From assembly GCF_000143415.4 (NCBI RefSeq), contig NW_003314310.1, forward strand, positions 800,611 through 864,610: DNA of 64,000 bases, in the 5' to 3' direction. The notes under the pieces were generated by a model. That model was not told the origin of the DNA and ran no database searches. It saw only the letters and a program-made list of their open reading frames with translations. Below are positions 23,301-38,240 of this stretch, piece after piece. This DNA is from Selaginella moellendorffii. Taxonomy: Eukaryota > Plantae > Lycopodiophyta. The number at the start of each line of letters is the position of its first letter. The stretch's first letter is position 1. Position numbers and translations under genes: made by a program.

Positions 23301-26300
23301 ACCAACTTTTTCCTACTAACAACTTCACATAAGTTTACCTCAACATAAATTCTCATGACCCAATAATATATTTAAGCATTGAACATCTTGCCCACATTTC
23401 TAACATTCGACAATGATATTTGCAAAATGCAAAATAAACATCCAAGACTTGATTACAAAGACTATATATTTAAATATCTATATTGCATTAACACTCTTCT
23501 TCAACCACTTTCAAGATCCAATGTGAAGCCAAAACACTAAAAAAAAAATGATATAGAAAATTAAGGTTTAAGGAAAATTCCTCATCATTTGAAATAACAA
23601 TGCCACTTCCACTAACACAAGTGTTAGCAATGCCAATGCCTCAACTTCACACTTTCACCATCCAATGATTTACTCTAAGTGCAACAAATCCACCAACAAA
23701 TTATAGCAAATGAATTTTATAACCCTTTCTAACGCCTAATTGGTAACCTTCAAGGAACCAAAAAACCAACTTAATGTAGCGCACGTGGTTTTGACCCTTT
23801 ATCCGATGGTGATTTACCATAGGATAACACCACGAAGCGGAACCTAAACCCTCTTTGTGCCACATGACAGATGCCACGTGTCACATGCCACGTGTCCATA
23901 GGAACCCGAGGTTCAGGGCCTTGGGCCACTGAACGAAGGAACGGTGCCAAACTCCCAAGCATGGAGCCAAGGAGTGACGGAACCGAACCACGGAGCAACT
24001 CCCGAGCATACAGCCCAAGGAGTGAAGGGACAGCAGCCCAGAGCGACTTGGAACAGTCCTAGAGTAACCAGCATCCCAATGCCAGAACCAACACGCAAAA
24101 CGGAGCTAAACGGAGTTTGGCGCTATTTTAGCATACTGGTGGCCTAACGCGAGGATATGGGTACTCCACCAACTAGCATGGAATGGAACTTGGGCTTAGA
24201 CCTAAGCCGAACGCAGAACAAGGACAAGCACGCAAGCAGGAGCTAGACTATGCCTCAGGTTGGTCGGCCATGCCCGACCTACCCACTATCCCTACTATAC
24301 ATTTGGAACCCCCCACAGCCCCCCCCCCCCCCCCCCCCCTGAGGAACACACGCTTTGGGCTTTCACCCCAAACCTCCCTTAGTATCAGGAGTTAGTCTCT
24401 GGGACAAGCTCGAAACTTACTAAATATGGAATGTCTTTAGATTGCGAATTTGGACACGGGACAAACACCATTATATTCAGGCCGATCTCTACATTCTATA
24501 GATATGCCTAATGAGCAAATCTGAACACTTTCCATAAATAGCATTTGGGACTAACACAAAGGGCATGATAGCGAGGGTGTTTGGCAGACACGGTAAGCTA
24601 TCATGTAGCGATATTGAGGGACTAATCTCAATACGCGAGGGTTCTTGTCACTAGCAAGTGCAAGACAAAATGAGACGGGAACTCCTTACCGGGCTAAGTA
24701 TGCTTAGCTAATAACACGTAGGAATTCCGTCCTTATGCTCGTTCGGTCTAAGTACACTCGAAATGCCCAGTTAACTCCACTAGCACAAGAGGGACTGATA
24801 AAGGGTCCAGCAATACCGACCTCCCGCCATCGTGGCAGTAAGGTAAGAGTGTCCGTAAGGACTGGTCGACAGGTAACTTTCGATACCCGAAGTCACATTC
24901 GCGACACTCTCCCCCCCTAGGGAAGATTGACGTCCTCGTCGATGCATACTCCAGTCTAGAATACCGCCAAGGAAACAACTCCAGAAAAAGTTCACGGTAC
25001 TCACACTATGTGAGAAATGCATCAACTTAAATGAGTTAGGGGGCAACCTCTTTGTCTAACGCGGATGCACTACCAGCTTAGACACCTTCTGGCTGTCGCC
25101 GACAAGGAAATGACCAATAGAGTCAGCCACCCTTGCTGCTCTGGGAGTCACCCAGCTTACAAAAGTGTGATACACCCCTGCTTGCAAGGACATAGAGAGA
25201 GAAGCCAGAGGCCCCAACCCTCATGAGCAAAAAAACCAAACTCGTCGGTAAGGTTTAGATAGACTACTGTAAACAGGCAGTTAGAGTTGTTTACACGGTC
25301 ACGCCCTTTTAACGGAATAAGGAACATCGACAGAGAGGCGGGTTATGTGACCAGTTTACAGTAGCTACCCCATGACTAGAGATTTCACCATGCACACGAA
25401 GTGCTGAAGCCAGTCTGCCTATACTGGCCCAAACTCAAAGATCAATAGATGGACAATATCAAAATCATAGACAATGATATCTTAGAGTCTTAATTATCAG
25501 TGAATATATCTTAGATTAGAACACAAAAGTATTCTAAATAAATTATCATCCGATAAACTAGTATTATAGTAGATAGGAACCACCAAGATCATTGTAACTA
25601 GTAAACATAGGATTCACCATCCAATAAAATTCAATAGCAAGTATGTCATCATGGAAACTCAATGATAAAACTTAACTACCGAAGATAGCAGACAGTAAGC
25701 CAAACAACTTACCAAAGAAAACTCAAAGAACACAAAGTATCATTGACTGGCAAGCAAAATGCTCGTGAATGTATCACCTGAAGGAAATAACATCCTGATC
25801 TATCAAAACTAACTTAAGCAATAATCAACAAAACAGAATGAATGCGGTAAGACCAACAAACACTCGTTAATGCCAACTATCGCACCAGTCAATCTGAACA
25901 GATCCCAGCCAACAACACCAAGGAACTCAAGTCGCCTAAGCAAGTGTTAGCAACATCCTACTGATGTCTCAAACCCAAGAGACCAATCCAGAGCAAACCA
26001 CAAAGAATATGTAGTATTGCGAAAAGCCAAGAGCCATTAAAGAGATAACTAACTATCATGAAAGATCATCAATCATCCCATCAATAAAGAGATGCATAAT
26101 CATCATTGAAGAAAGAATCTACCATCCCAAAGAATAGCAACTCAGTCTTATATCAATAATAATAAAGTAAAACTCTTGACAAGGATAATCAATTATCTTA
26201 GATGACAGTCAATTTTCACCAATAATTGCTAGATGCAAATACTAACATCAACATCGAAGCTAAAGAGCCAAAAATGCCTTTCCCCAACAACTTCTAACAA

Positions 26301-29300
26301 ATAGAACAATAAGCATAAAACTCAAAGAACCAAAAGCTCGAAGAAGTCTATAGCCAAGTCTTGTATAACAATGATCATAAGTCTCATAAAAAACTAACTT
26401 CAATGCTAAAGAAGAAATTATGGTGCAACCACACTATCTTCCTCAACACATCCATAAGCTAAACTTCATAATGCCAAAGCTAATGAAGAGCATTTTTGCA
26501 TCAATCCAAAAGCTAAGCATAGCAAAGTTATGCTCAACAAGTGATCACCAAACGATCCTCCATGAATCCATCTATAGCAAGACGTAACTCACTTCATAAC
26601 AAGCACAAGAAGAATCATCAATGATCGATATATTCCAACTCAAATCCAATAAGGATTCAAACATTTCAATATCAATCACTAACTCTTCTGCTTGTAGAGT
26701 TAGCATCGTCCATGACTAAATCACTTTTCAAGGAAAAGCCAAAGCTCAACCTTTACTAAATAATCTCGTAATCTTGTCTAGAACACAACTAACTCAACTT
26801 GCCACTCAGTTCATTTGAACGTCAATACAGTTGCTATCTAGCAATTGTACAAATGCCAATAACACCAAGCTACAACCAAACCATCAACACTATCTTCATC
26901 GAGACTAATGAAACTCAATATCAATCTTATAGAAAGACATCTCATATCACTCGAATCTCAACATCAACAATGTCAACGACAAGGCATCACTTCAATGCTA
27001 TCAACACCATAACAAAGCTAGAAGAAAACAAGAGTGAATCACCACTCAAAACTCTCTAGCAACTAAGCTAACCAAAGTTAAAGATACTATACTTAGTATC
27101 CAAGACCAATCCTTCAACATTACTCAGGTACAGATAACACTTCCTCAAGGAGTGAATCACCACATCCAAGACTCAATGAAATCCAACACCACGGACTAAA
27201 TGCAACCAAATGACATTGATAGAGGTAGAGTTGACATGCCAACATGGAAAACCCATGTAAGTCTAACAACACGATCCTCCATAACACCATCCGGTAAAGT
27301 AAATCCTCATCGAGCGAAATAAGTGTCAAATAGTCCTCGACGAAGTCTACAAGCAATCATTAGTCGCAAAGCAACTAACCATCACTTTTTCAACTTGCTT
27401 TCACGAGACCCAAACACTAAACTCACATTATTTAGTCATACACTTGTCCAATATGAACGTGATACGTTCGGTATGAGATAAAAGTTCATAGACAAGCACA
27501 AACCAAATGACCACTTGAATCCAACTCAACCGCGATAGCTCATCAACACATCTAGTCAATAGCTCTGAGCATGCCTTGAAGAGGCTAGCTATGCATGATC
27601 AACACTTAGTCGAAACTAAAGTGAAGACCATGAGATGGATCATTTTGGTATACAACCTCCTCATAGACAAAGCTATAGTATGGGTACCAACATCTCAACC
27701 TTAAACAACTAAGTTGAACATCACCATCCTTAGCCAAGGTGGAGGGCCACCAAGACCAAATCAAGATCAATGAGAGCTCACTACTCTCATAGAGTCTAAC
27801 AAAATGCAAAGTGCAACCTGCCACCAAGCATAACGCTATAAAAGAAAGGCACAAGGGTCACCTTTCTAGAAAAATGCAGCGGCCACCTTTCTACATTAAC
27901 TCCAGACTCTATCCAACTCAATTGCCTTAGCCCCAAAAGTTAGCATCCCTTTCGGGCTGCATCATACAAACTATCTACTAAGGTCTAAGCTAACCGAAGC
28001 CAACTCCAACCCCTTCACTAGTTTGTACTGGCTTACGAAAACGGAATGGTTTTCGGACAAAGTGATAATAGATCAGCCATTGGAAAAGTCTAAGAAAATT
28101 TGTGGAAAATTTTCCATCCTAGAGAAAGAATGACTCTCAGTCTAGGAATACAAACTTTCAAAACTCAACTAACTTCCTCCTACTTAACAACTTCACATAC
28201 GCTCACCTTAACACAAATTCTCATAACCCATAGTATGCTTAAGCCTCGAACATCTTTTTGCCCATACTTTCGACATCCAACTCCGACATCCGTAAAATGC
28301 AAATGGAACATCCAAGGCTTGATCACGAAGACCACATTTTCGGATATCCACATTACACTAACACTCTTCTTCAACCACCTTCAAGTTCCAATGTGAAGCT
28401 AAAACACCAACAAGAAAAATGACATGGAAAATCAAGCTCTAAGGAAACTTCCTCATCACTTAAAATAACAATGCCACTTCCACTAACACAAGTGCTAGTA
28501 ATGTCAATGCCTCAATCTCACACCTTCTCTATCCAACAATCTACTCCAAGTGTTAACGGATCAACTTATGAGCTATAGCAAATGAATGCTACGACCCTTT
28601 CCAACACCTTATGGGCAAACCCTCAAGGAAACAAGGAACCAACTTAAGCTTAGCATAATGGACCATTATCGAGAATCCAGTCAAAGCTACTACAATGCTA
28701 GTTCGTGCAAGTAGACTAGCTTCACTATCAACCACTTTGGGGTTGATCATCATTTACCCAAGCAACTTCGTAAACACATTGCTCATTATCACATGGATAT
28801 GATATAAGTATCACAATGACTTGATCATCAATTGAGCAACACCACGAACAATGCCAATGTCATTACTTCAGAGGTTTACATGAATATCAAGTGCCAACTC
28901 AACTTGACAGAATGCAACATCAATGCCACACTCTACCGATAGAGATTTACAACACTCAACACCACTAACTTCTGTTCACAACACAGACAAGCTTATGCCA
29001 CTCGCTATCCGATCAAACTCAAAACTTAACCCAACACCAAGCTACTCAAGGAGCAATAGCTAGGTTCCCCAGAAAAGAATTGAGCATTGTAACCCAAGTC
29101 TTCCAATAGCGAGCCTAGACAAAATGGTTTAGCGCTTCACCACTATCCATCCCACAACTCACCATTGTAAGACCATCATCTCCAAGATGCTTCAAGGTAG
29201 GGACTCTTGATTGCATAATATGACCACAAGCAATGAGTTAACACCTTGTTGCAAATCATCTCTCCAAGAAGAGAAGATGATTTACGTGTTTGATCCTTCG

Positions 29301-30794
29301 TCCCTGATAACTCTCTTTTCGGTCTCATCTTTGACTAAACCTCAAGCTTGCTTTCGCACTGCCTTCAGTCCAATCCAAGAAAAGTTCATGAGAGAGCACA
29401 GCAATGTTTACTTGAACCAATAGACTAATCCCTACAGTCTTGGTTGATTCACTTGTAATCATGCCTAGGAAGGATCTATTAGCGCCGTGCTAAACAGCTA
29501 TGGACCAGCCTATGTACCACTTATAACAAACTCAGGGAAGGTTTACTTTCACCCACGGTACATGGAACAACTTATGGAACCACCGATAGGCTAACATTAA
29601 TTCTGCCAACTCAAAGTGTAACCTTGAGTTGCTAATGAGCCTCACTCACAAGCCCAAGCACAAACTCGTGTGAACAAAACACCTAAAATCCATCCTATGA
29701 GCCCAAGAGGAAGCTCATATCATAAGGTACAACAAGGTAATAATATCCATACCCGAGGAAGCCTTTGCACCCAAACGTGTACCCACTCGGATCATCGTTT
29801 TTGTAAGCGACTAAATTTTCCATTCTACTTTAGTCACTTAACCACACCTCTGACCACTTGAAGGAGTCTCATTCACAACCTCCATAAGTCCCATCCAGGA
29901 CTTGGGACTTGCTAGCCTCGAGAATGGCATCCATGCCACTCAACATTTGCACTTGGTCCAAGTGCTCCACGTGTCCGATCCCATGACCGACACTCAAAGG
30001 TACCACCGACATAGCAGCCCGTTACGCTAAGGCCATGCCCAATCACTTTTGCCACACGGGTAGTCCAATACCACTTGCATCACCGTCTTGGATCTCCAAG
30101 ACTAGGCAAACCATCCGTGAGTGGTTATCTCAAATCCACTCCTTAGCATCCTTAGGATGCCCACCGACAAGGGGAATAGCCTTCCCCAATATCCCTCTGT
30201 CAGTCCCCACTAAGTCCCTTTCTGCCCCTGGCCGTGTTTGCCAACACTGCCACTGGATCGAGACCCACAGGCCCGACCACTAAGTCCCACGGTCCTCTGG
30301 GACTTCCTCACCACACGACTGTGTCCTTGGTCACTACCCCAGAGGACTGCCCCTCTTCCTTTCCACAGTCTGGGCCTTTGGGACAACATTTCGGAACACC
30401 GTGGCCTTACGCGAGCCACCTGGGTACTCTCCTCGCCTTCTGCCCTTGGGTGCTCTAGCCATGGGCTTAGAGCGGGTTCCGTTGAGCCACACCAAGTATC
30501 CAAGTAGGTAGTGCCACCCACACTTGGACTGGGAGCATCGGCCAGTCGATCTCCCGGGGGAACTAGAGCCGGCTCTTGAACACTTCACCAAGCTACCCTG
30601 CTTGTCGGTCTGTGTTCACTCTAGTCTTGGACTTCCCAGTGGGCAGCTCATCACCCAACACTGGGTCCGGCCTTCCTGGGCCAAACTGGCCTTTCCTGGC
30701 CAAACTAGCTCCACTGCAGTCCTCCCCCTACTATACTTTTGGAGCTCACCAAACCCCCCAGGGTCTGAGAGACGAACGCTTTGGGCTTTCACCC

Positions 30795-31148
30795 TCTCAG
30801 ACTCGAACTCGGACTCAGACTCGGACTCGGACTCGGACTCGGACTTGGACTCGGACTCGGCCTCGGCCTCGGTCTCGGTCTCGGTCCCGATCTCGGTCTC
30901 GGTCTCGGTCTCGGTCCCGGTCTCGGTCTCGACTTCGGACTCCATCTCGGGTCCATCTCGGACTCCATCTCGGACTCCATTTTGGGTCCATCTCGGGTCC
31001 ACCTCGGACTCCATCTCGGACTCCATCTCGGACTCCATCTCGGACTCCAACTCGGGTCCATTTCGGACTCCACTTCGGACTCCAACTCGGGTCCATCTCA
31101 GACTCCACTTCGGACTCCAACTCGGGTCCATCTCAGACTCCACTTCCA
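30795..31148 (+). repeat. Hexamer/dodecamer microsatellite array inside the LTR (GACTCG, GGTCTC, GGACTCCATCTC); second copy at about 36533-36880
   Basis: Read directly. Copy number differs between the two LTRs. Confidence 0.95.
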
Positions 31149-31488
31149 CGTGTCATGTGTTGGTCCTTTTGGGTCCCTTTTTGGAGCCTCGCTTTTTGCT
31201 CGCTTCGTGCTCGTTCCTCGAGCACTTCGTTGGGAGTTCCACTCCCGCTCTTGACTTTCAAGTCGGAGCTTTTGGTCCAAACGTGTTACGCTCGTTTGGC
31301 TCTCACTTCGGCCACTACCACGTGGCGCCCTTCCGGCTCCACTTTGGGGCCTAGGGATTTTGTGTCTCACAACTCCACCACCTATAGACGAAGTTTGATG
31401 TCCTCATCGAACGGTAAACCATTTTTTTTTTTTAAAGTAACACTCACATGTGTTACCATTTCCATCCTTGGCACCTAGCCAATATTTG

Positions 31489-31612
31489 TCAATGGTTTGA
31501 CATTGAAGGCTCACCATGCCTTCTCCATATTCGTCAATGGTTTGACATTGAAGGCTCACCCTGTCTTTTGCATATGCCTCAATGGTTTGACACCAAAGGT
31601 TCACCATGCCTT
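31489..31612 (+). repeat. 3 x 45-bp tandem repeat in the element's 3' UTR region
   Basis: tcaatggtttgaca...aaggctcacc at 31489, 31534 and 31579. Confidence 0.85.
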
Positions 31613-34600
31613 GCCTATCCTCTAAGGAGGGTAGTCTCTCCAACTTAGAGACTGATTGGACCACATATAGTGATTCTCTCCTTTTATTGGTTTAGTTCTC
31701 GCTAAACTTCTTAGAGACCCTTCTCTAAGTCAATCCCACTACTCCTTCTCGAGTAGTCTCAATTTCCATCTATTGAACGTTTGCACCTTGGAACTTTTAC
31801 TCTTTTGACTTTTGGAAGTCAATTTCCTAGGCGTCTCCAACACCTTGCATTGCATAAATTGTGCAACTCCACTTCCCCATCCTAGGAAGCTCATTACTTG
31901 AGGGCACCATCATCCTCTCTTCTATTTCGTGCCACCTTGGGCACTAAGTTCCATTTATCATACTTTGTGCTAGGGTTGTCCATGGCCCTATCATTTGGCT
32001 ACCTTACCGCTCCCTCCCTTGGAGCTTCCACTTTCGCCAAATCAGAGCAATTCGGAATTCATCCTTGGAAACACACTTCCTTTTCCGGAATTTGTTAGTG
32101 TCCAACACATTAGTGTTCCTTGCCTAACTTTGTCACTTGGATTCCTTCCAAGGGATTCCACGGCCCTATCTTGGCCACTCATCTTTTGCTCTTATCCATT
32201 GATTGTTGCACCAAGCAACATCGAATCTCTACCTCCCTCCTTGAGGTATTCTTTTGATTCCATAGCAAAGGCTCTGCTTTGCCAAGACTAGGGTGTTCGC
32301 CCCTAGTAAGTCTCTTTAGCATCTTCTGCTGTGGGCTCTATCCACGGCCCAACTTTGTGACCCTCCCATGGGTCTCTTTAGAGACTACTCTCCTTGGACA
32401 CACTATGCCATCGCAATGACATAGCTCATTTCCCTAGGGTGCTTTTCCCACTTGGTCACCTTGACCAAGCCACACCATCATCAATAGTTCAAATCAACAC
32501 TTTGAACTAGGAACCTTATTCTTTAACCCAAACAAGGACCTTGTCCTTATTTAGCCACAAGATCACCTAGTGATCTCACCTCGGCACCTTAACAGGTTTG
32601 CCAATAGGTACTAGGTCTTCCAGACCTTTAATTTGTTAACTACGACCCCGGGGGCATCCCCCACACTTGGCGGTGCGCCCAAGCCAGCCCTTCCGGCCAA
32701 GGGTCCATAGCAACTGAGATTAGGTGTCCCCATCTCACTCACCACGTCCTTGGTGCCACTTGCACCAAAGCGTTCAAGTTAGATATGCCGAGCTTTCACA
32801 CTAAACACTCTAACCGTGCATCACGACTCCGAGGCATCCCTCGCTTGGCGGTGTGCCCAAACCAGTCTCCCCACTGAGAGTCCATGACCACCGAAATATG
32901 AGTGTCCTCATATTCCAAACCATCACCACGCCCTAGTGATTTGGGACTCGAACCCAAGCACTAGAGGGTCGGGACTCGAACCCAACCTCCGTATATGCAT
33001 CTACGGACGGCATCATACAAGATGCCTGGCGTGACTCCCCACGCCGGTGCACCAACTTATTTTTAAAGCGCGCTACAGATCACAGCTTAGGAACCTAGTT
33101 CCTCCACACTGCCAAGTCCTCTCACTTGACATGTCTGTGATCATGCATGGACTCCTCCATGCTCGGCCCCATGGCCCACCCTTTTTGAAGTTATCACCTT
33201 CAACTAGGGTATTTGTTCCCCCGACGTGCCAATCTCGCTTGGCAAGTCCTCCGACCACTGTAACATGGTTTCTGCATAAGCGTGAAAGTCCTTGACCATC
33301 GACTTTCATTCAAAGCCCTCTCTTTAAACACTCGGGAACTACTTCCCTAACCTTGATAGCCTTGCCTCATGGCAAGCTTCAAGACCACGCTTCTGCTGCG
33401 CCACTCTGATTTCGCGCGTTCCATGAACCATTTACACTTGGCCTTTCTAGGTACTAAGCTACCTAGAATCGTCTTTGGGAACCTTGAAGGAACTCTGTCC
33501 CTCAGCTTGCTAAGGCCTCCCTTTTTGCAAGCCTTCCAAATGCCACATAGTCTAACATGGACAATTCCATAACTTAGACTCTCCATGGCATCACGGTTGC
33601 TAGCGGCAACACCCTCGAGCCCCCATTTAATTCTCCACTCCCAGCTGGCATAACCAACCTTGGTTATGCCCTTCGATTTCTATGGTTCAGTTCCATCCTA
33701 ATACTACTTGCTTTTTGGCCCCATATGTTTCCTTTGGTTATTCTCCTCCAGACCAGGAGGATAGCTTTGCACTTTCTATCATGCCTTAGCAAGTATTCTT
33801 AGGGATGAACCTACCCAATAGCCCAGGGAGTGGTTCCTCAATCCGGGTATGCTCACCTTATAATCCCACACACTGGGATTACATTGTTGCTTATGGGCCT
33901 TTACATGCCCATCACTAGCCTTGCCAAAATTCCATTCTTGGCTTTGTCCAACTCGGGTAGACAGTCCTCTCCTGTCTCCGCAACCTTGGACATTTGGATA
34001 GCACCTTCTATCCATCATTCGCTAGGGACTTAGTCCCTTTGGCTTTATCCATTGCCCTCGCGACATCAAACACCACCTTCTGGTGTTCTAGAGTGTTTGG
34101 GTGCCCCAATGATGGCTTTTTTGACAATGAGTATTTCCTTTTATGACATTGACTTACTATATCGCAACACAAGCAACTTATCCCCCGTAAGGGTATATCC
34201 AACTTCCCTATGCTATTAAGAAGTCTTGGGTAGCTACTTTCTACCCGTTTAACCAGTTATTTTGCACCTCTTGCTTAGTTGCCTCATAGTTGTCAAGTCC
34301 TACAACTCATTGCTTGGTGCTTTCACACCTCCATCATTATCTGGGTCACCACACTCCAACTGCATGCTCTGCAGCTTAGGCTATGCCATTCCCATTTTCA
34401 CTGGGATTCCTTTGGCAAGGGGTTCTCATGAACCCACCAACATAGCCTCAAGGTATCACACCTTGGCACATTTGGTGTCTCCACACCATCGGCTCCACGA
34501 GCCTGCCTCTATGACATTTCCCCTTTGTGTCTAAGTCTTTGCCAAGACCAACACCGCTCTTTCTCATGCCAACCATCCGTTAGCACTGCACCATAGAGGT

Positions 34601-36609
34601 CACACACAACTTCATGTCAAAGTTGTTTTCTTCTGGGAACACCTTTCCCATAACTTTAGCATGGCACATTTTGCCATCGATGAGATACCCTCTGTTCTCA
34701 TCCTTGGATCCTATGATCCCCCCCCCCCCCATCCTTTGTGGGGTACAACACACCTCAGTCCAAATGCTTCCATCAGTCCATTTAGGACCATCCCTTGACT
34801 CTACTTGAGTCATCCAGCAGTTTTGGACTTGGTTAATTCACAGACCCGTAAGGTCTTACTTGTGAGGCACTAGCTCACTGGAATACACTTCTTGCATTCC
34901 TGTCCTACTCAAAAGGACTATTTTCACAAGTGTTACTCCGACACTTGATTTTGTTATCTGGGGGCAACCTTTGCCCCTTAGGACTACTTGTCCATATGAT
35001 GAGAATACCAACTCATCCACTTAATACACCCCCAACTCCTTGGGTTGTTCTAGCATTTATTAGAGGTAGCCCCGGCTACCATTTCGAGGACTCGTGTCCT
35101 CATCCATACTTGACCTCTTACAGTCATCCATTCCGGTCTCACCTTCATGAGCACCAGCCTCAACCATGTGAGGATAAACTTGTGACTCCTTTATTGTTTT
35201 TGGAGTCTCTATCTTCCCCGTGATCCCAACTATAATTGTTTACCCCAACTATATTAGCCTTTTTGCTGAGTCAAACGCTCATCTGGATCACCTCCTCAAC
35301 TCAATGAGGAAAACCTTGCACTGTTCCCAAGATCCCAAAGTCGTTCCATTATTGGCCCCTTTTCTATCCACCACCTTGTCTACAAGTTCACACATGAACT
35401 GTAATGGAGAGCCATGTCTTCCCGACCTGCTACTCCTCAAGGATAGGTCCACTTCTTGGACCTTCCGTTGCCAACACCAGTGGTGATATACTTGAGCACC
35501 AATAAAAGTCGGACTAAGGAACAGTTCCGATACCAAGCTGTAAGCGACTAAATTTTCCATTCTACTTTAGTCACTTAACCACACCTCTGACCACTTGAAG
35601 GAGTCTCATTCACAACCTCCATAAGTCCCATCCAGGACTTGGGACTTGCTAGCCCCGAGAATGGCATCCATGCCACTCAACATTTGCACTTGGTCCAAGT
35701 GCTCCACGTGTCCGATCCCATGACCGACACTCAAAGGTACCACCGACATAGCAGCCCGTTACGCTAAGGCCATGCCCAATCACCTTTGCCACACGGGTAG
35801 TCCAATACCACTTGCATCACTGTCTTGGCTCTCCAAGACTAGGCAAACCATCCGTGAGTGGTCATCTCAAATCCACTCCTTAGCATCCTTAGGATGCCCA
35901 CCGACAAGGGGAATAGCCTTCCCCAATATCCCTCTGTCAGTCCCCACTAAGTCCCTTTCTGCCCCTGGCCGTGTTTGCCAACACTGCCACTGGATCGAGA
36001 CCCACAGGCCCGACCACTAAGTCCCACGGTCCTCTGGGACTTCCTCACCACACGACTGTGTCCTTGGTCACTACCCCAGAGGACTGCTCCTCTTCCTTTC
36101 CACAGTCTGGGCCTTTGGGACAACATTTCGGAACACCGTGGCCTTACGCGAGCCACCTGGGTACTCTCCTCGCCTTCTGCCCTTGGGTGCTCTAGCCATG
36201 GGCTTAGAGCGGGTTCCGTTGAGCCACACCAGGTATCCAAGTAGGTAGTGCCACCCACACTTGGACTGGGAGCATCGGCCAGTCGATCTCCCGGGGGAAC
36301 TAGAGCCGGCTCTTGAACACTTCACCAAGCTACCCCGCTTGTCGGTCTGTGTTCACTCTAGTCTTGGACTTCCCAGTGGGCAGCTCATCACCCAACACTG
36401 GGTCCGGCCTTCCTAGGCCAAACTAGCCTTTCCTGGCCAAACTAGCTCCACTGCAGTCCTCCCCCTACTATACTTTTGGAGCTCACCAAACCCCCCAGGG
36501 TCTGAGAGACGAACGCTTTGGGCTTTCACCCTCTCAGACTCGGACTCGGACTCGGACTCGGACTCGGACTCGGACTCGGCCTCGGCCTTGGTCTCGGTCT
36601 CGGTCCCGA

Positions 36610-36647
<38 letters not shown>

Positions 36648-38240
36648 CCGGTCTCGGTCCCGGTCTCGGTCTCGACTTCGGACTCCATCTCGGGTCCATC
36701 TCGGACTCCATCTCGGACTCCATTTCGGGTCCATCTCGGGTCCACCTCGGACTCCATCTCGGACTCCATCTCGGACTCCAACTCGGGTCCATTTCGGACT
36801 CCACTTCGGACTCCAACTCGGGTCCATCTTGGACTCCACTTCGGACTCCAACTCGGGTCCATCTCGGACTCCACTTCCACGTGTCATGTGTTGGTCCTTT
36901 TGGGTCCCTTTTTGGAGCCTCGCTTTTTGCTCGCTTCGTGCTCGTTCCTCGAGCACTTCATTGGGAGTTCCACTCCTGCTCTTGACTTTTCAAGTCGGAG
37001 CTTTTGGTCCAAACGTGTTACGCTCGTTTGGCTCTCGCTTCGGCCACTACCACGTGGCGCCCTTCTGGCTCCACGTTGGGGCCTAGGGATTTTGTGTCTC
37101 ACAGTTTTCATCTCTGCGTATGCAATGAGACTAGTTACCCAATCTCATTGAATAGTACTCACTAATACTCATCCTCTGATACCAAATGTAGCGCACACCC
37201 TTTATTCAATGGTGATTTACCATAGGATAACACCACGAAGCGAAACCTAAACCCTCTTTGTGCCACGTGACAGATGCCACGTGTCCATGCCACGTGTCTA
37301 TAGGAACCCGAGGTTCAGGGCCTTGGGCCACTGAACAAAGGAACGGTGCCAAACTCCCAAGCATGGAGCCAAGGAGTGACAGAACTGAACCACGGAGCAA
37401 CTCCCGAGCATACAGCCCAAGGAGTGAAGGGACAGGAGCCCGGAGCGACTTGGAACAGTCCTAGAGTAACCAGCATCCCAATGCCAGGACTAGCACGCAA
37501 AACGGAGCCAAACGGAGTCTGGTGCTATTTTAGCATACCGGTGGCCTAACGCGAGGATATGGGTACTCCACCAACTAGCATGGAATGGAACTTGGGCTTA
37601 GACCCAAGCCAGACGCAGAACAAGGACAGACACGCAAGCGGGAGCTAGACTATGCCTCAGGTTGGTCGGCCATGCCCGACCTACCCACTATCCCTACTAT
37701 ACATTTGGAACCCCCCACAGGCCCCCCCCCTTAAGGAACACACGCTTTGGGCTTTCACCCCAAGCCTCCCTTAGTATCAAGAGTTAGTCTCTGGGACAAG
37801 CTCGAAATTTACTAAATATGGAATGTCCTTAGATTGCGAATTTGGACACGGGACAAACACCATTATGTTCAGGCCGATCTCTACATTCCGTAGATATGCC
37901 TAATGAGCAAATCTGGACACTTTCCATAAATAGCATTTGGGACCGAAATGAGACTAACACAAAGGGCATGATAGCAAGGGTGTTTGGCAGACACGGTAAG
38001 CTATCATGTAGCGATATTGAGGGACTACGCGAGGGTTCTTATCACTAGCAAGTGCAAGACAAAACGAGACGGGAACTCCTTACCGGGCTAAGTATGCTTA
38101 GCTAATAACACGTAGGAATTCCGTCTTTATGCTCGTCCGGTCTAAGTACACTCGAAATGCCCAGTTAACTCCACTAGCACAAGAGGGACTGATAAAGGGT
38201 TTAGCAATACCGACCTCCCGCCATCGTGGCAGTAAGGTAA

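Larger units (their letters stand above)
29802..37103 (-). mobile_element. Young nested LTR retroelement, non-autonomous (LARD-like); LTRs 29802-31371 and 35539-37103
   Basis: Near-identical LTRs of about 1.57 kb (TGTAAGCG...TCTCACA). TSD GTTTT (29797-801 / 37104-08), with a single GTTTT in the empty paralogous site near 39862. PBS reverse complement ttccgatacca 35525-35. PPT reverse complement actccaccacct at 31372. No long ORF in the 4.2-kb interior. Confidence 0.94.

Noticed and set aside
30524-31478. SR/RD/ES-repeat proteins (up to 300 aa) in several frames; also 36413-37151 and 40263-40732
   Set aside because: Stop-free hexamer microsatellites inside LTRs; the frames are not conserved between the two LTR copies.
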